A DNA stretch of 64,000 bases, taken from the NCBI GenBank assembly GCA_951406725.2, contig OX597823.1, positions 34,038,001 to 34,102,000 on the forward strand, given 5' to 3'. The notes under the pieces were generated by a model, which saw only the letters and a list, made by a program, of their open reading frames with translations, was not told the origin of the DNA and did no database searches. Source of the DNA: Octopus vulgaris. Its lineage: Eukaryota. The position numbers were made by a program, and so were the translations under genes. This document shows positions 24,530 through 38,639 of the stretch, piece by piece (positions within the stretch are counted from its first letter, which is position 1; each line of letters opens with the position of its first letter).

Positions 24530-24697
24530 GCTATCAGCATCATCAGCAGCGTGCAGGAGAACTGTTCCAACCCAGTGGGACAAGCTTTAGACAAAGCTTT
24601 GGAAATATTGCGAAGCAGTGAACTCTATTCTCCCTATTTATCTCAACCAATGAAAGATGACCAAATGAGTTCTGAGCTAGTTGGAGGGTTACTGTCT
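24530..24697 (+). CDS. PDE8: PDE8-like coding exon (helical region before catalytic domain)
   Basis: tttcag|GCT...TCT|gtaagt; 168 nt, phase 0/0. Encodes AISIISSVQENCSNPVGQALDKALEILRSSELYSPYLSQPMKDDQMSSELVGGLLS (cf. PDE8 ALDRVLEILRTTELYSP..DLVGGLM). Confidence 0.93.
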
Positions 24698-24719
24698 GTA
24701 AGTTATTGATTTCAGTGTA

Positions 24720-25201
24720 TTAACACTTTCATTACTATATTTATTTTGAGATGCTCTGTTGTTTCTTTCAATTAATTTTAAATATAACAAAGAATTTAGT
24801 AAAATAGCCTAGTTATCATTAAGCTAGTGTTAGGAACATAAATTGTGACTAAGGTTTGGTAGAAGATTTTAATTCAAAACTTATGAAAACAAGACATCTG
24901 TAATACAGAGCCAGACATGGTTTCAGCTGGGTTGGTAACAAAAGGGTTAAGAATTGTTTCTCTATTATATATTTTAACCCTTTTCTTACCATATTTCTGT
25001 TGAGATACTTTGTGTTTCTTTCAATTACTTTAAATATAACAAAGAATTTAGTAAAATAACTTAGTTATCATTCAGCAATGTTAGGAACATAAACTGTGAC
25101 TAAGGTTTGGTGGAAGATTTTAACTCAAAACTAATGAAAGCAAGATATTTGTAATACAGAGCCAGAGGTGGTTTCAATCGGGTTTGTATCGAAACGGTTA
25201 A
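24720..25201. mobile_element. Two tandem TTAA-flanked (piggyBac-type) MITEs
   Basis: Copies 24720-24950 and 24974-25201 each run TTAA CCCTTT..AAAGGG TTAA (or a decayed variant). Related copies at ~30286-30520 and ~26850-27000. Confidence 0.75.
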
Positions 25202-25507
25202 TGATAGTTTGATGGTGGCAGAAACAATGGCAAGGATAATGTTGGTAGTGGCAGTAGCAACGACAATGTTGTCAATGGTGGTGGTGTTGGCAGTGATGAT
25301 GATGATGATGATGGTGATGTGGAGGAGAACAAAGACTCCTTCTGAATAGCTTTAATGAATGAATGGTGTGGATAGATTTGAAGGAGAAGTCCCAGCTCTG
25401 AAGCCATAGTGTAATAATGAGCAAAAAGCCTGATCTTATGATCAGACAAAAATGTGCTGAATTTTGCGTTGACAGTGGTTTTGTTGGGCAATATGGAGCT
25501 GGCTCAG

Positions 25508-25731
25508 GGCAGCAAGCTGGCAGAATTGTTATTACGCCGGGCAAAATGCTTAGCGGTATTTCATCTGCCATTACATTCTGAGTTCAAATTCCGCCAAGGT
25601 CGACTTTGCCTTTCATCCTTTCAGGGTCGATTAAATAAGTACCAGTTATGCATTGGGGTCAATGTAATCGACTTAATCCCTTTGACTGTCCCCTCTATGT
25701 TTAACCCCCTGTGAGCAATAAAGAAATAAAT
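25508..25731 (+). mobile_element. SINE (second family)
   Basis: ggcagcaagctggcagaa..ttctgagttcaaattccgcc..gactttgcctttcatcctttc..aagtaccag. Related copies at 46984-47125(+), 15858-16020(+), 14835-15010(-) and 60970-61112(-). Confidence 0.75.
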
Positions 25732-27011
25732 ACGGAGTTGGCTCGTGAATGAAATGGGCCTAGAATATGAAAAACTTAGGGATTCATGTAAGACACTCGC
25801 TTGGCAGTGTACTGTACACTGCCTTTAATAGGGGTGAGATGTTGCAAAATTGTAAGTAGATCCATTGTGGCTGGTGTTGGATTTTGGGAAGGATTGAAAA
25901 GTGAATCAAGAAGGGAAGAGAAATTGTTTTATCGTGGATCTGACAGACACGTGAGAGAGAGGGGGAATAGCAGAGAGAGGGGAGATATGAGAGAGGGGTA
26001 TAGGAGGGAGAGAGGTGATAGGAGAGAGAGGGGGTAAAGGAGAGAGAGAGAGAGATCAAAACTGAGAGCAAAGAACATTTTGTCAGCAAGTGATAAACGA
26101 AATCGTTGTGTTGTTGAAGGACTTTCTTTGGTTTGGTGATTACATGGGTGAGGGTGGGGGTGGGGGTTGAAAGTCTGAGCTAAAAGACACCTGCCATTAC
26201 CTGATAACATCAATGCTATGTGATGCTGCTGTAGGAAGAAATATTGTCAGAAACAGCCAAGGTCATTGTGATCACCAATCAACAGCTGGTGGTGAGAGTG
26301 TGCCACAGTGTGTGTGTGTACGCGTGAGTGTGTGTGTCTGTGTGTACATGTATGTGTCTCGTGTGTGTGTGTGTGTATATGCATGGGTACATGTGTGTGT
26401 GTCTGTGTGTGTGTCTATGTGTGTGTGTTTGTGTGTGTCTCTATGTGTATGTCTATATCTGTGTGTCTGTGTGTGTGTATGTCTGTGTGTGTGTATGTCT
26501 GTGTGTCTGCATTTGTGTGTGTGTTTGTGTCTATGTATGTGTGTGTGTGTGTATTTCATACAGGCTTTTATGTACCAAGTTCAAATTCCACCAGGGTCAA
26601 ATTTTCCTACCATTCCTTCTGTGACAATAAAATGTTTAAATCCCTGTCAAATACTGAGTTGATTTAACTGAGTGATATTCATGTCTCCCAAGCTTCTTCA
26701 AGCAAGGGACAGTGGTCAGTAACCTGTAAAAGAATTTTCATTTTCAATGCTCATGCATTAAGGACAGATGAGTATTTAGCTTTCAATGACATTGTCCTTA
26801 TGTCCACATAACACCGACCCACTTGAGATTTCCCTTGATCCTATGATACAAACTTCTTGTTTTCAAATGACCTGCTTTAAAATCTTCCATCAAAATTTCA
26901 CATTCATTTATGTTCCAAACACCAGCTTAATAATGACAAAAGTTATTTCCCTAAATTCTTTACTATATTCGAAATTAATTGAAACAATTATGATAACAAA
27001 CGTATTAAATA

Positions 27012-28580
27012 CAGGGTGATATCAAAAACGTCCTGGACTAGTTCTGTAGCATGCCAACAGATGGCAGCAGACGGTTGCATGTGTGATGAGAGCTTGTAGT
27101 TACCCTCATAAGGCAGTGTGCTTAGAGACATTGCTGTGTTTACTTTGCAAGTTATGAAATTTGTGTTTTTGTGATAACATGTAGGCTGTAGTTTGCTATT
27201 TTGTCATAGACAGAAACTTGGAACAAAGAGCCAACATCAAATTTTGATTTAAACTTGGGAAGTTTGCTACAGACATTGAGCATACTTTGCCAAGCTTATA
27301 GTAATGAGGCAATGGGTTGTACGCAATGTTTCAAGTGGTACAGGTACTTCAAAAGTGAAACAATGTTTCTGGAGGACGATGAGTAATCTGGAAGACAAGG
27401 AGCAATCGGAAAGATGATGAGCAATTTGGAAGACGATGAGCAATCTGGAAGACAATGAGCAATTTGAAACATGATGAACAATCTGGAAGACGATGAACAA
27501 TCTGATAGACAATGAGCAATCTGAAAGATGATGAGCAATCTGGAAGACGATGAGCAATCTGGAAGACAATGAGCAACCTGAATGATGATAAGCAATCTGA
27601 AAGATGATGAGCAATCTGGAAGACAATGAGCAATCTGGAAGGCAATGGGCAATCTGAAAGATGATGAGCAATCTGGAAGACCTGCCATGAGTGTCACACC
27701 AGGAAATGTAGATAAAATTCATCAGCTTGTGCATGAAGATCATTGGAGGACAATATTGGTGATGTTGTTGGTCTGTCTTATGGGTTCATGGAGGCAATCA
27801 TAATGTTTGAATTGAAGATACTGTGTGTCTCTGCCAAGTTTGTCCCCTGCCTGCTGATCACTGAGTAGAAAGAACATCGCATTGAAGTCTGTCAACATCT
27901 CCATCACTGTGCTGCTGATAAGCCATCCTTCATGTCGAGGATCATTACCAGAGACAAGAGTTGGGTCTATGGGTACATCCTTGAGACAAAGTAGCAGTTG
28001 TCACAATGGAAGATCCCTTCATCTCCATAACAACGGAGCTGCAGCTCACTCAAAAGCATGCTCATTGATTGTTTTCGACATCTGCAATATTGTGCATTGA
28101 GAATTCATTCCTCCAAGAGTTCTACAGTGATGTTTTGAAGTATTTGAAAGGGGACATTTGGCAAAAGTGACCAGATCTGTTGAGCGCAAAGAATCAGATT
28201 CTTCATGATGAGAGTGCTGCACCTGATGACTGAGCTAACTTTACTCATGAGTTTCCTGCTAAAAACAACAGGGCATCACTTCGGCACCCACCTTGTTTGC
28301 CAGATTTAATACCTGCAGACTTCCACCTCTTCCCCAAGATGAAAAAACAGCTTAAAGGTTGCAATTTTAACACCATTGTTGAGATCCAGAGCAAATCGCA
28401 GAAGGTCCTCAACTCACAGAAAATTACTTCCAGGCTGGATTCCAAAAGTGGCAGGAATGCTAGAACCAGTGTATCGCTGCATAAGGGGTCTATTTCAAAG
28501 GAGATGATGTTAAAACTTAGGTAAATAAGTTATTTTTTTATTAAACGCATCTTGTCCAGGAACACTTTGATACCATCTCG
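27012..28580 (+). mobile_element. Decayed mariner transposon, full span
   Basis: TA-flanked imperfect TIRs (cagggtgatatcaaaaacgtcctggacta / cttgtccaggaacactttgataccatctcg). Remnants EQRANIKF, GRPAMSVTPGNVDKIHQLVHED, SAKFVPCLL and HPPCLPDLIPADFHLFPKMK. Confidence 0.88.
27368..27682. repeat. 19-bp minisatellite, 16 copies, inside mariner coding sequence
   Basis: Unit TCTGGAAGACGATGAGCAA; 304 nt between first and last unit start equals 16 x 19. Confidence 0.92.
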
Positions 28581-29178
28581 TATATATCTCCATTGAGAAA
28601 TATATTTAAATGTTTTTTGTTTTATTTCCATTATTCTATTGTTATACCAAACAATTATTAAATGATAGTTGATTTAACTCTGAGAGGAATTATAGTCAGC
28701 GCCAAGTTTGGTATGTCATACATAAAACACCAGAAACTTCTGAGAGCAACAGAGCAAGTTTTGTGTTAGTTGTCATTTATGCATTGTCACTTCACTGTAC
28801 AACCGTAATATAAATTCCCTCATGGTACTTCACTACAACTATTGAGAACCGAATGTTTAGCAGCACTGGCATATAAGATAGAGACACATTAACACTTCAG
28901 CTCTGTTACATAGATACCACAGTAGTATATCTCTATTATTTCTCAGCTTGTGATTGTTCAAAGATAAAACGCTAAAGAGATTAGGTTGATGTCTTGTTGT
29001 TCAGTCAATGGACTGTGTCTTCTTTTACTAATGTACAAGAATTAAAGAAGGTCGAGTTTGCATCACATAACAGCTGTGAATCTGCTAATGAGTTTATGAA
29101 AGTTTGGAAAGCTGTCTGTGAGACATTACTGCTTATTGAATAAGTAATGATTATAGAACTATTTCTTTGTATTTACAG

Positions 29179-29224
29179 CAAGGATTAAGAAGACGCTTTT
29201 CAAACTATGACGTCAACAGATCTT
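29179..29224 (+). CDS. PDE8: PDE8-like small coding exon
   Basis: ttacag|CAA...TCT T|gtaagt; 46 nt, phase 0/1. Encodes QGLRRRFSNYDVNRS (cf. PDE8 DGLRRLSGNEY) and contains an RRxS PKA-type motif. Confidence 0.85.
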
Positions 29225-29401
29225 GTAAGTATATTTCTTATTGTTAAGCTTATTATCTTTATCATTTTTAAAAAGTTGGACATTACAACACATAAAACAT
29301 TTAACATAAAAATACTAATTAAGTGCAGAAAACCGCAGCATCTATACTAATTAACAAAAATATGTATATTGGCTACACTGTATGAATATGTGTATATATT
29401 C

Positions 29402-29487
<86 letters not shown>

Positions 29488-30750
29488 AAGAGTAGATATA
29501 GAGGGTCATCAGAATATGATACAAAGTCATTGCCAGATCAGGTGAAGAGAATTAGACATTAAATGAACCAAAGTTTCCTTCCGTCTGTCTTTTGATCAAT
29601 TTGGCAAAATCTACTGATTTCTATTATCAAAAAAAGGTAGATAGAACGAAAGCCTTGTTGAGATAAAGGTAATATTCTTTGCTTTATCAATGATAAACAT
29701 AGATTAGGCATTACATATTTCTAATGCTAGGTTTTATTAAACTTTTTGTTTCTTTACCCTAACATAAACAATAAGAGAAAATCCTGTGCCAGATAGAAGA
29801 AAATGGCCACCACACCATAAAATATCGCAAATGAGAGCAAGACATCAGTAGATACAGGGCAGAACTGTTCTATGAGGAACAGTATTATCTCCACCCAACA
29901 GTCATAACCTGGTGTCCTTGTAGCAATAAAAGGCGACAATTATACAGGATAATGTTAGAACATAAACGAAATTGGAAGTGTATTAGAATTTTATATCCTG
30001 AAATTGATGAAACCAGACTTGATATGGACACAAAGGAAGATCTCAAGGTTATTGTAAGATCAAAAGTTGTCCATTATCAATTAACTATTTCTTCTTCGTA
30101 GATCTTTATTGCTCTGAATAGATTCCAGCGACATTTTATATCACTTTATCATGTAACACATCTCTTCTTCCACTCCTGTCATGATCCTAGCCTTTACACA
30201 CATCTTTACTGTATACATTTCTTGTTATATCCTTTTCTCAATCATTTCATTCATTCAGTTCCAACTTACACCACCACCAACAACTTAACTCTTTTGATAC
30301 CAATCTGTCTGAGACGACTGCTCCTGGTTCTATGATACCACCTTCCAAGTTTATAAAGTGATCAAAATTAAAAACTTGCATCAAAATTTCATGCTAATTT
30401 AAATTTATATCCGAAATACTAACTTGATAATGACAAAGTAATTTTAATAAATTCTTAATTATACTCAACATCGTTTGACACAAGAGCAGTGTATTTCGAA
30501 AGAAATATGGTAACAAAACAGTTTCACTTCCACAGTTGACACTCAGCTCCACCCTGAGTTTTAACAGCTAAGTTTTTGTATTATTTAGTTATTTTATTAT
30601 ATGACAAAACAGTATAATTCAATAGACATCTGCTACGATATATTAAATATTACTATCTATCAATACTGCTCTACTATATTCTAGAAGTTTTGTGCTCTGT
30701 TATGTGTTATCTTATATCATTCTTAATACTAATATTGTACAATACATTAT

Positions 30751-31247
30751 ATTAGAAAATTACTATTTGTAAATCTCACAACAAGAGATATTCAGCAACA
30801 GTACTTTGGAGTAAAGATTGTTTGCCAACATAACATGGCAGTCCTGGTTTATGATGAATGTTGCTGTAATTTAACCCCAGGAGACATCATCTCCAGCTGG
30901 CTATATGACATGATCTGTGTCCTTATATTTTCAAAGGGTATCTTGCACCCCCAATCAGCTAAAGACAATTTCTCTTCATCAGCACAGAGTAATTGTTCGG
31001 CTAGAGGTAGTGTTGCCAAATTCCCTTTCGAAATATATAGTTTCTAAGGTAACAACTAGCCACTGATCTATAAATTAGATATTGTTTTGAGCTGGGTGGG
31101 GGTGCTAGATTCCCTTGTTCGAAAACATAAGGACACAGATCGTGTCGTATAGCCAGCTGGAGACGATGTCTCCTGGGGATAAATTACAGCAACATTAGTC
31201 CTAAACCAGGACTGCCATGTTATGTTGGCAAACAATCTTTACTCCAA
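30751..31247. mobile_element. Palindromic MITE-like element
   Basis: Arms ~30807-30970 and ~31080-31247 (ggagtaaagattgtttgccaacataacatggcagtcctgg..), with a one-sided ~55-nt extension at 30751-30806. Confidence 0.82.
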
Positions 31248-31779
31248 TATATTATTTGTTTGTCATTTTAATATGTATCATTACTGAAAGTAAGAGTATA
31301 AACACATGGATATGCAGAATACATACATATAGATGCACACACATACATACATATATACATATGCATACACACATACATACATACATACATACATACATAC
31401 ACACATACATGCATGCATGCATAGGCACATGCATACACACACACACACTGACCCACACACATGCGCACAAACAAACAAATAGGAACGCAGTTTAAATAAC
31501 GGACAGAGTCAAGACTATTGAAAAGGTTGCAACATGCAACGAAAATTTTAGGAAAATAAAAAAATAAGAAATAAGTGGAAATTTTACTGGTGAGTGTTTT
31601 AAATTAAAAGGCACAAAAAGAAAATGACTCTCCCCAGACACAACAGTATAAACACATTTATGCTGTAAATATATTGATAACATATTGAAATGGAGCTGAT
31701 ATTACACAACATCTGACCAAAGGACTAACATCTACCACTTTTTCATTTTGATTGAAACTAGTATAGCATTGAGACACAT

Positions 31780-32470
31780 GCATAAAACAACTATGGCATG
31801 GATTTAGATAAGGTCTTCAGTGGGGAGTGTGTGTCTGTGTATGTGTGTGTGTATGTTTGTTTGTGTGTGTGTGTGTGTGCACTAGTATGGATAAAAATGC
31901 TATATTCAACAGTCCTAAATGAGTTAGGTGTTGAGCAAGGAAGCACCATCCTCTCCAAACCTTTTTATCACATGTCTATAAATGGTCATCAAGAACATTG
32001 ACTGAACAGGTGGTGTGAACATCAATAGCAAACAACTAACACCCCTCCAATTTTCAAATGGCGTTGTACTCATCACTGAAACTGCAGACCATACTGAAAG
32101 ACCTGGACACTCAGAGCTTACCAAATAGGGGTGGAAAACAATGGAATCGAAGAGGTGAAGGAGTACATCTATTCGTGTCACACAGTGAATATTTGCCAAG
32201 ATATGGATGTTAAAATCTCAAAGAGAATAAGGGAAGGATGGAAGGTTTTTAACTGAAGAAAGGATGTGCTCCAAACAAATGCCATATGTGTCTCACTCTC
32301 CAAAAGCAGCATCCTTCCAGTGCTCTGATATGAAAGTGAGACATGGGCTATGGTGACGAGGATAGAACATTGGTTAGCTATGATGCAAAGGACTATGGAA
32401 ATATCCATATGAAGAATATCATTACAAGAGCATATTCGAAATGCAGTAATTTGAGAATTGAGCAGAGTAT
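31780..32470 (+). mobile_element. RTE-type LINE RT remnant
   Basis: Decayed GVEQGSTILSKPF (GVRQGD..SPKLF), GVNINSKQLTPLQFSNGVVLI (..LRFADDIVLI) and ILPVL*YESETW motifs. Confidence 0.65.
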
Positions 32471-32757
32471 TACAAAAGACTTAAAAATTCAATGAAATAA
32501 TTTTTACTGTGAAGTGTCAGGAAATGGTTTCAACTGCAATCAAATTGCGACATAAAACTTTGGATGTAAAACATGGTCTTCACAACAGTGTTTCAAGTAC
32601 ATTTGGTTGAGCAATTTGAATTCCGTGCAGAATGTGGTTCCATGCAAAACCACCACATCTGCATATTCTTATATGTTCTCTTGCTAGTATAACAGCACTC
32701 TTCATCACATAGCAGCACCATTCGCCTAATAGCAGTATTGTTTACCATATTTGGGGA

Positions 32758-32975
32758 GAGGAGAGTGCTGAAAAGTTCCTGGCTTTAAGGGTATCATGAA
32801 ACACCTAGCTGGTGGCCCAACCTTCTGAGTTCTTTTTCAGGGTTTAGAAAAACTGAAATACCTCTTCAATAAGTATGTGAATCTGAGAAGGAAATATATT
32901 TGAATAAAATCATAAGTAATTGATTCTCCTGTATTTTCTTTTATGCAAAGCCAGCAATTTTTCAACATCACCTCA
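32758..32975. mobile_element. Short mariner-derived MITE
   Basis: Imperfect TIRs gagagtgctgaaaagttcctggcttt / aaagccagcaatttttcaacatcacctc. Confidence 0.55.
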
Positions 32976-33056
32976 TCCCAGTTCTATTTGCTGTGTATAG
33001 ACATGCACACACAGCCAGTCTATGTCGACTTAACCTGAGTTTGTTCTCTTTTGCAG

Positions 33057-33198
33057 CCCATCACTCACATTTCCACAACATTCCATCAAGTCCAACGACA
33101 CTCTTGAACCAAGTACCAGAAAAAATCCAGTTAATACTGGAAACAGAAACCTCCTGGCACTTTAATATCATAGATCTGGAGAAAGCTACGAACAACAG
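33057..33198 (+). CDS. PDE8: PDE8-like coding exon (start of catalytic domain)
   Basis: ttgcag|CC...AG|gtaaag; 142 nt, phase 1/2. Encodes SHHSHFHNIPSSPTTLLNQVPEKIQLILETETSWHFNIIDLEKATNNR (W.FNI..LE..T..R motif). Confidence 0.9.
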
Positions 33199-33304
33199 GT
33201 AAAGAATTATTGTCTGTGGTTTGGGCAAGTGTCTTCAATAATAAATCTGGGCTGAATAATGTCTTGTGAGTGAATATGGTTGACAGAACTTGCATAGAAG
33301 CTTG

Positions 33305-33415
<111 letters not shown>

Positions 33416-33703
33416 TGCGTGCATTCCCCCACCATTACTTGACTACTCTTTTGGTTTGTTTACCTCCTTATCACTCAGCAGTTTCTCCCAAAAGACTGAC
33501 TGAATAAGTGCCAAACTTAAAAAAAAAATACTGGAATCGATTTGTTTGACTTAATTCTTTAAAGTGGTACCCCAGCATGGCTGCAGTCCAGTAACTGAAA
33601 CAAAAGAATTAAGATTGTAGAAGCATAATTATTCACATAAAAATGAATTAAAAGAAAATATAAAACTCACAATAATTAAAACATGATATAATTATATATA
33701 TAA

Positions 33704-33766
<63 letters not shown>

Positions 33767-36064
33767 TTATATTATATATATATATTTATATATTTATATA
33801 TATGTGGCACGTAAAAAGCACCCACTACACTCACGGAGTGGTTGGCGTTAGGAAGGGCATCCAGCTGTAGAAACATTGCCAAATTTAGACTGGAGCCTGG
33901 TGCAGCCTTCTGGCTTCCCAGAACCCCGGTCGAACCGTCCAACCCATGCTAGCATGGAGAACGGACGTTAAACGACGATGATATAAAACATGAAAAATTG
34001 TTGGCTAAGTTAGGTTAGTGTCCTAACTTTTTACCTGCTTGCCAATATTTGTATTGTGTTCTTGGGCATTGAAAAGTGCATTCTGTGTCAGCTGTGCTTT
34101 GAAAACATAAACATCTTCAGATTATAGATTGCTTTAATTTATTGTAGCCTGTCTAGTTTTTGCTAACAACACATTTTTTTGCATGATGTCTATATTCTAA
34201 ACCTAACTGTGTTTCTATGGTTTTTACTTCTTCAAAATGTCCCTAGCACCACAATGAGTTGCTTGTTTGATTTTTTTTGAAAATGGTGAATCTTCATTAC
34301 TTTTCTGAGGATAAATATTGTTATTTACTCACCTCTTTTTATTGATTTCTGTTGACTGTTTTTTGAAACATTTCTTACTTTTCTCTCTTTGTATTTCTAA
34401 TCATTATTTCTTGTCTCTCACACAACTATGGACCAGTTCTACTCTTTACTTCCATTAGCAGATGAGATGTTTGCTCATTTATTTCTAACACAGTGCAGTG
34501 CATGAAGTGATTTCTCCTGCTATCACCAGAGTTGTTGTTCTGGAAACACATCTTAACTCTTTTTTTGCTGTTCTAATTGGTCTCCATTTCATTCCAGTTT
34601 TTATTTGGATTTTTTTCTTAGACTTTCTGGTTCTTCAAGGCATGATGCTCAGAGGTGATTCTTACTATGACAAATATAGTTACTAGGACTTTTGACTTGT
34701 ATCCACATTCTAGTGGCATTTGTTTCAGTGCTTCAACTAGAAAGAGTTCCAGTATGGCCTTACAGCTTTCAGGATAATTATGATTTGCAAATCATTTTGA
34801 TGCTCCCAAACTTCATGTCATCTCTCATTAACTCTGCTTTAACAACTTTCTCATGCAGTGATAAGAAAGTGATGACAAATTATGAGCCTGATGTCTCTTA
34901 TCAGTTACTCTTGTATTTCTTTGCCCCTTGTATGGGTGAAAGTATATCTAACAATTTCTGTCTGTGTCTTGATTGAGACTTCTATTTTGAAAGAGCAGCA
35001 GATATGACCATAACTTGCTTTTTCAACTGAAAGGATTTCTTCCTGATATATCCTGAAATGTCTTTATAATTTTTGTTGTGAGAATTCTATTTTTGCTAGA
35101 ACACAGCTATATAATTTTTCTATTTCTCTTATTTGGATTAGATCTTATAGCAAAGAAATCAAAGAAATGCTTTTTGATCTTACAAAATTCTCCAAACTCT
35201 TTTCTTTTCCTTGGAGTTGTGTTAAATCTAAAAAATTTATTGGTTCTGTTTATAATGTAATTGAAGCAAGGGTAACTTTAACACAGCTATTATGGGAAAA
35301 ATTTTAAATGCAAATGTTACCATTGTTGTTGTTGTTATATTTATCACTATCGTCAAAATTGCCTGTTAGAATGTTTGAAATATTTCTATGTATTCCTTTA
35401 AATATTTATTTTTGCTTTTTGTGTTCAGTTGTGTACATTGTTTCTGTGTTGTTTTTACCTCACTAGCTATTGAAATGTTTTGTTGCATATTCTAAATGCG
35501 TTTTGTGACCACTTTGAAAGTGAAAATGTCAAGTATCTAAATTAAATAAGAGAAAACAAACCTTTTTATTTTTGTACTCCTCCTCCAAATATCAGGGGCA
35601 GGATTTTGTCAGAGTATTATGATCCTATTTAGCAAATACTACAACCAAAAATTAATTACATAATTCAATAAATATGGTCTGCCTTTGGAGAGAAATAAAT
35701 ACAGATGTGTATGCTTTGAAAGACCCAATAATAATAATTATTATAACAATTTCTTCAACTATTGCTACCTGTTCCTAAATTTGTGGGGAAGGTGTTAGTT
35801 GATTAAATTGATGTCAGTACATATTACCTATGAATAGAAGAGATATGAAACTATAAAAATATTAAAAAATCTAACCATATGTGTTTGCATAAATATATAT
35901 ATATATGTATATGTATGTATATGTGTTTGTGTGCTTGTCTGTGTGAATGCCATAAACATATGTGTACATGCATTAGAAACATATATATATATAATTTTTT
36001 TTTTGTTGGCATCCTTTTTGTCTCGGGAGACAATGGAATTGTGCATAAAATAATTTAGTCTGGC

Positions 36065-36400
36065 TTTTACATTTCATGTCTTAATACATCTCCTGCTGTG
36101 GTTGTGTAATCCTATCCTGGACAAACTCTTCCTCTGGCAGGTGCCGCAAATGTAGTGAAGACTTTGCCTGGCTGGTTGTAATGTCATAGTTTCTTGTTGA
36201 CGTCTTTTCTTGTCTTTCCATTTCTCCTCTCCCTCTATGTCACCCCTTTGTGTTCCCTCTTTTACGGTACGTCGCCAATCTCCACGGTTGCTGGCAACTG
36301 CTTCCCAGTTGCTAATATTGATGTCGCAGGCCTTCATGTCCCTTTTGCAAACATCCTTGTGTCATAAGAACGGTCTTCCCACAGAACTAGTGCCCCTAGA
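36065..36400 (-). mobile_element. RTE-type LINE 3' fragment with C-terminal zinc finger
   Basis: KDVCKRDMKACDINISNWEAVASNRGDWR..CGTCQRKSLSRIGLHNHSRRC. Confidence 0.75.
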
Positions 36401-36817
36401 AAGGTTCAACAACTGTTTAGAGCAAGCATGTAGTGACTTTGGCTTAGTTATCAGAGTATGGCCATACTCTGTTCTTTTTGGTCATTCCTGATGATTACTG
36501 GATTGGAGTCTCTATCTCTGGCATGCAACCATTTGAATACTTTGGTATCATGAGACTAATAATAGCAATGATATATATATATATATATAGATAGATAGAT
36601 AGATATACATATATATATACTTTTATATATACATATATGTATACTATGTGTGTATGTATATACTTATATATATGTATGTATGTATGTATGTATATATATA
36701 TTTATAAATAGTTATATTCATATACATGTATGTATGTATGTATGTGTATGTATATATGTATGTATATATATATATATATATATATTTTATACAAATGTAT
36801 GTATATATAAGTATGTG

Positions 36818-36864
<47 letters not shown>

Positions 36865-36886
36865 TTACATGTATGGGCATGTATGC

Positions 36887-36928
<42 letters not shown>

Positions 36929-36952
36929 ATACCATAGGTACAGATATATATA

Positions 36953-37002
<50 letters not shown>

Positions 37003-37980
37003 TATCCTTGAATGTAAGATAAAGAATAATGCTAAGATCTAAAACCATAATTGATAAGAAAAATATTCTTCCATCTGTATAATCATTTCTGAGAGAATTA
37101 CTGAAATATATTCTATATGACATTGTAACTAATTGGAAATTTGATATCTACCCATGTGTTTGTATGTGTGTGTGTATGTGTTTGTGTGTGTGTGTGTGTA
37201 ACTGTAAATATGATTATATAAATATATATATATATGTATGTATGTATGTATGTATGCATGCATATAGGCCTGTGTATACATGTTTATGTATGTGGGTGTA
37301 CATGTGTGCATGAATTTGTTTGCTTGAGATAACATGTATGCATGCACAGGCTTTTGTTAGTCGGAACATTTGGATACATATTTACATTTACATATGTGCA
37401 TTTGTGTGCATGTGTAGCATGCATGCATGTGTGTGTGTGTATACATATTTATTTACTAGGTTTTCTGCATGCCATGGTTGCACGCAGTGCACTTAAAGAT
37501 AGATTAGCAGCAGTATTCAATTGCATTGTGGGAAGATTATAAGAAGAGAAAGCTAACACAATAACAACCAATATAGATTTAACACAAACAACAACAACAA
37601 TAGCAACAACAACAACACCAACAATAACAACAACAGCAACAACAACAACAGCAACTGCAGTAACGGCAGATAAGGATTTAAATAAGAACAGCTACAAGAA
37701 CTCTGCAATAATGGCAACAACACTCCTACTTTCACTGCTAAAGAAGTAACAACAGCATCACATGTACACACATGTAGGATTACATAACATGTGTCAGTGT
37801 GTGGATGTTTACGAACGTCGGCTCATGTGTGTGCATGTGGAGGTAGTTGTTTAATGTGTGCATCAGTGAGCATACTTAAGCATACTTTTGTATGCTTCAG
37901 CTACATGTTAAAATGTTATTTTGTACTTGTTTATGTCTATGTATGTGTATCAGTGTGTGTGGGTGTAAAAATATATATGC

Positions 37981-38012
<32 letters not shown>

Positions 38013-38013
38013 A

Positions 38014-38096
<83 letters not shown>

Positions 38097-38639
38097 CGGG
38101 AAGCTTATGAAAATAAACAAAAGCAGGCAGGTAAATATATATATATATATAACGTTTCGAGCATACATAAATATATATATATATATATATATATACATAA
38201 ATATATATATATATATATATACGCATATTTTATATATATGCATATGCATATATATATATATATCATCGTGATCACCATGACCAACCAGGCTAGTAGATGT
38301 TGCTACACATCGCTGGTCACAATGCGCTTCGCATTGTTTTAGCCTTCAAATGACGCCACCCCACTGGCTAAGCAAGCAGGCCAATATATATATAACAGCA
38401 ATAGCAGTGCAGCAGCAGCACATCAAGAAGTAGACACGATACCAATAGTTACGACAGCAGCAGCAACACCAACTTTGCAGTCAGAAATAGCTGCTAGACC
38501 AGCAACAATGGAACCACCAGAATCACATGCAGGAATACCAGCATCAGCAGTGACTCCAGCAACAGGAGCAATGATATCAGATCCTAAGTTAATGAAACAA
38601 GCATCGGCTATGGTAGTACATCCAATACACAGACACAAA

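Noticed and set aside
27267-27743. Repetitive minus-strand ORFs (FQIAH/PDCSS repeats) as a repeat protein
   Set aside because: They are antisense translations of the 19-bp minisatellite.
36489-36540. CTGATGA...GCAACCATTTG as a decayed hammerhead
   Set aside because: GAAA and the cleavage triplet are missing and the stems are unconvincing.
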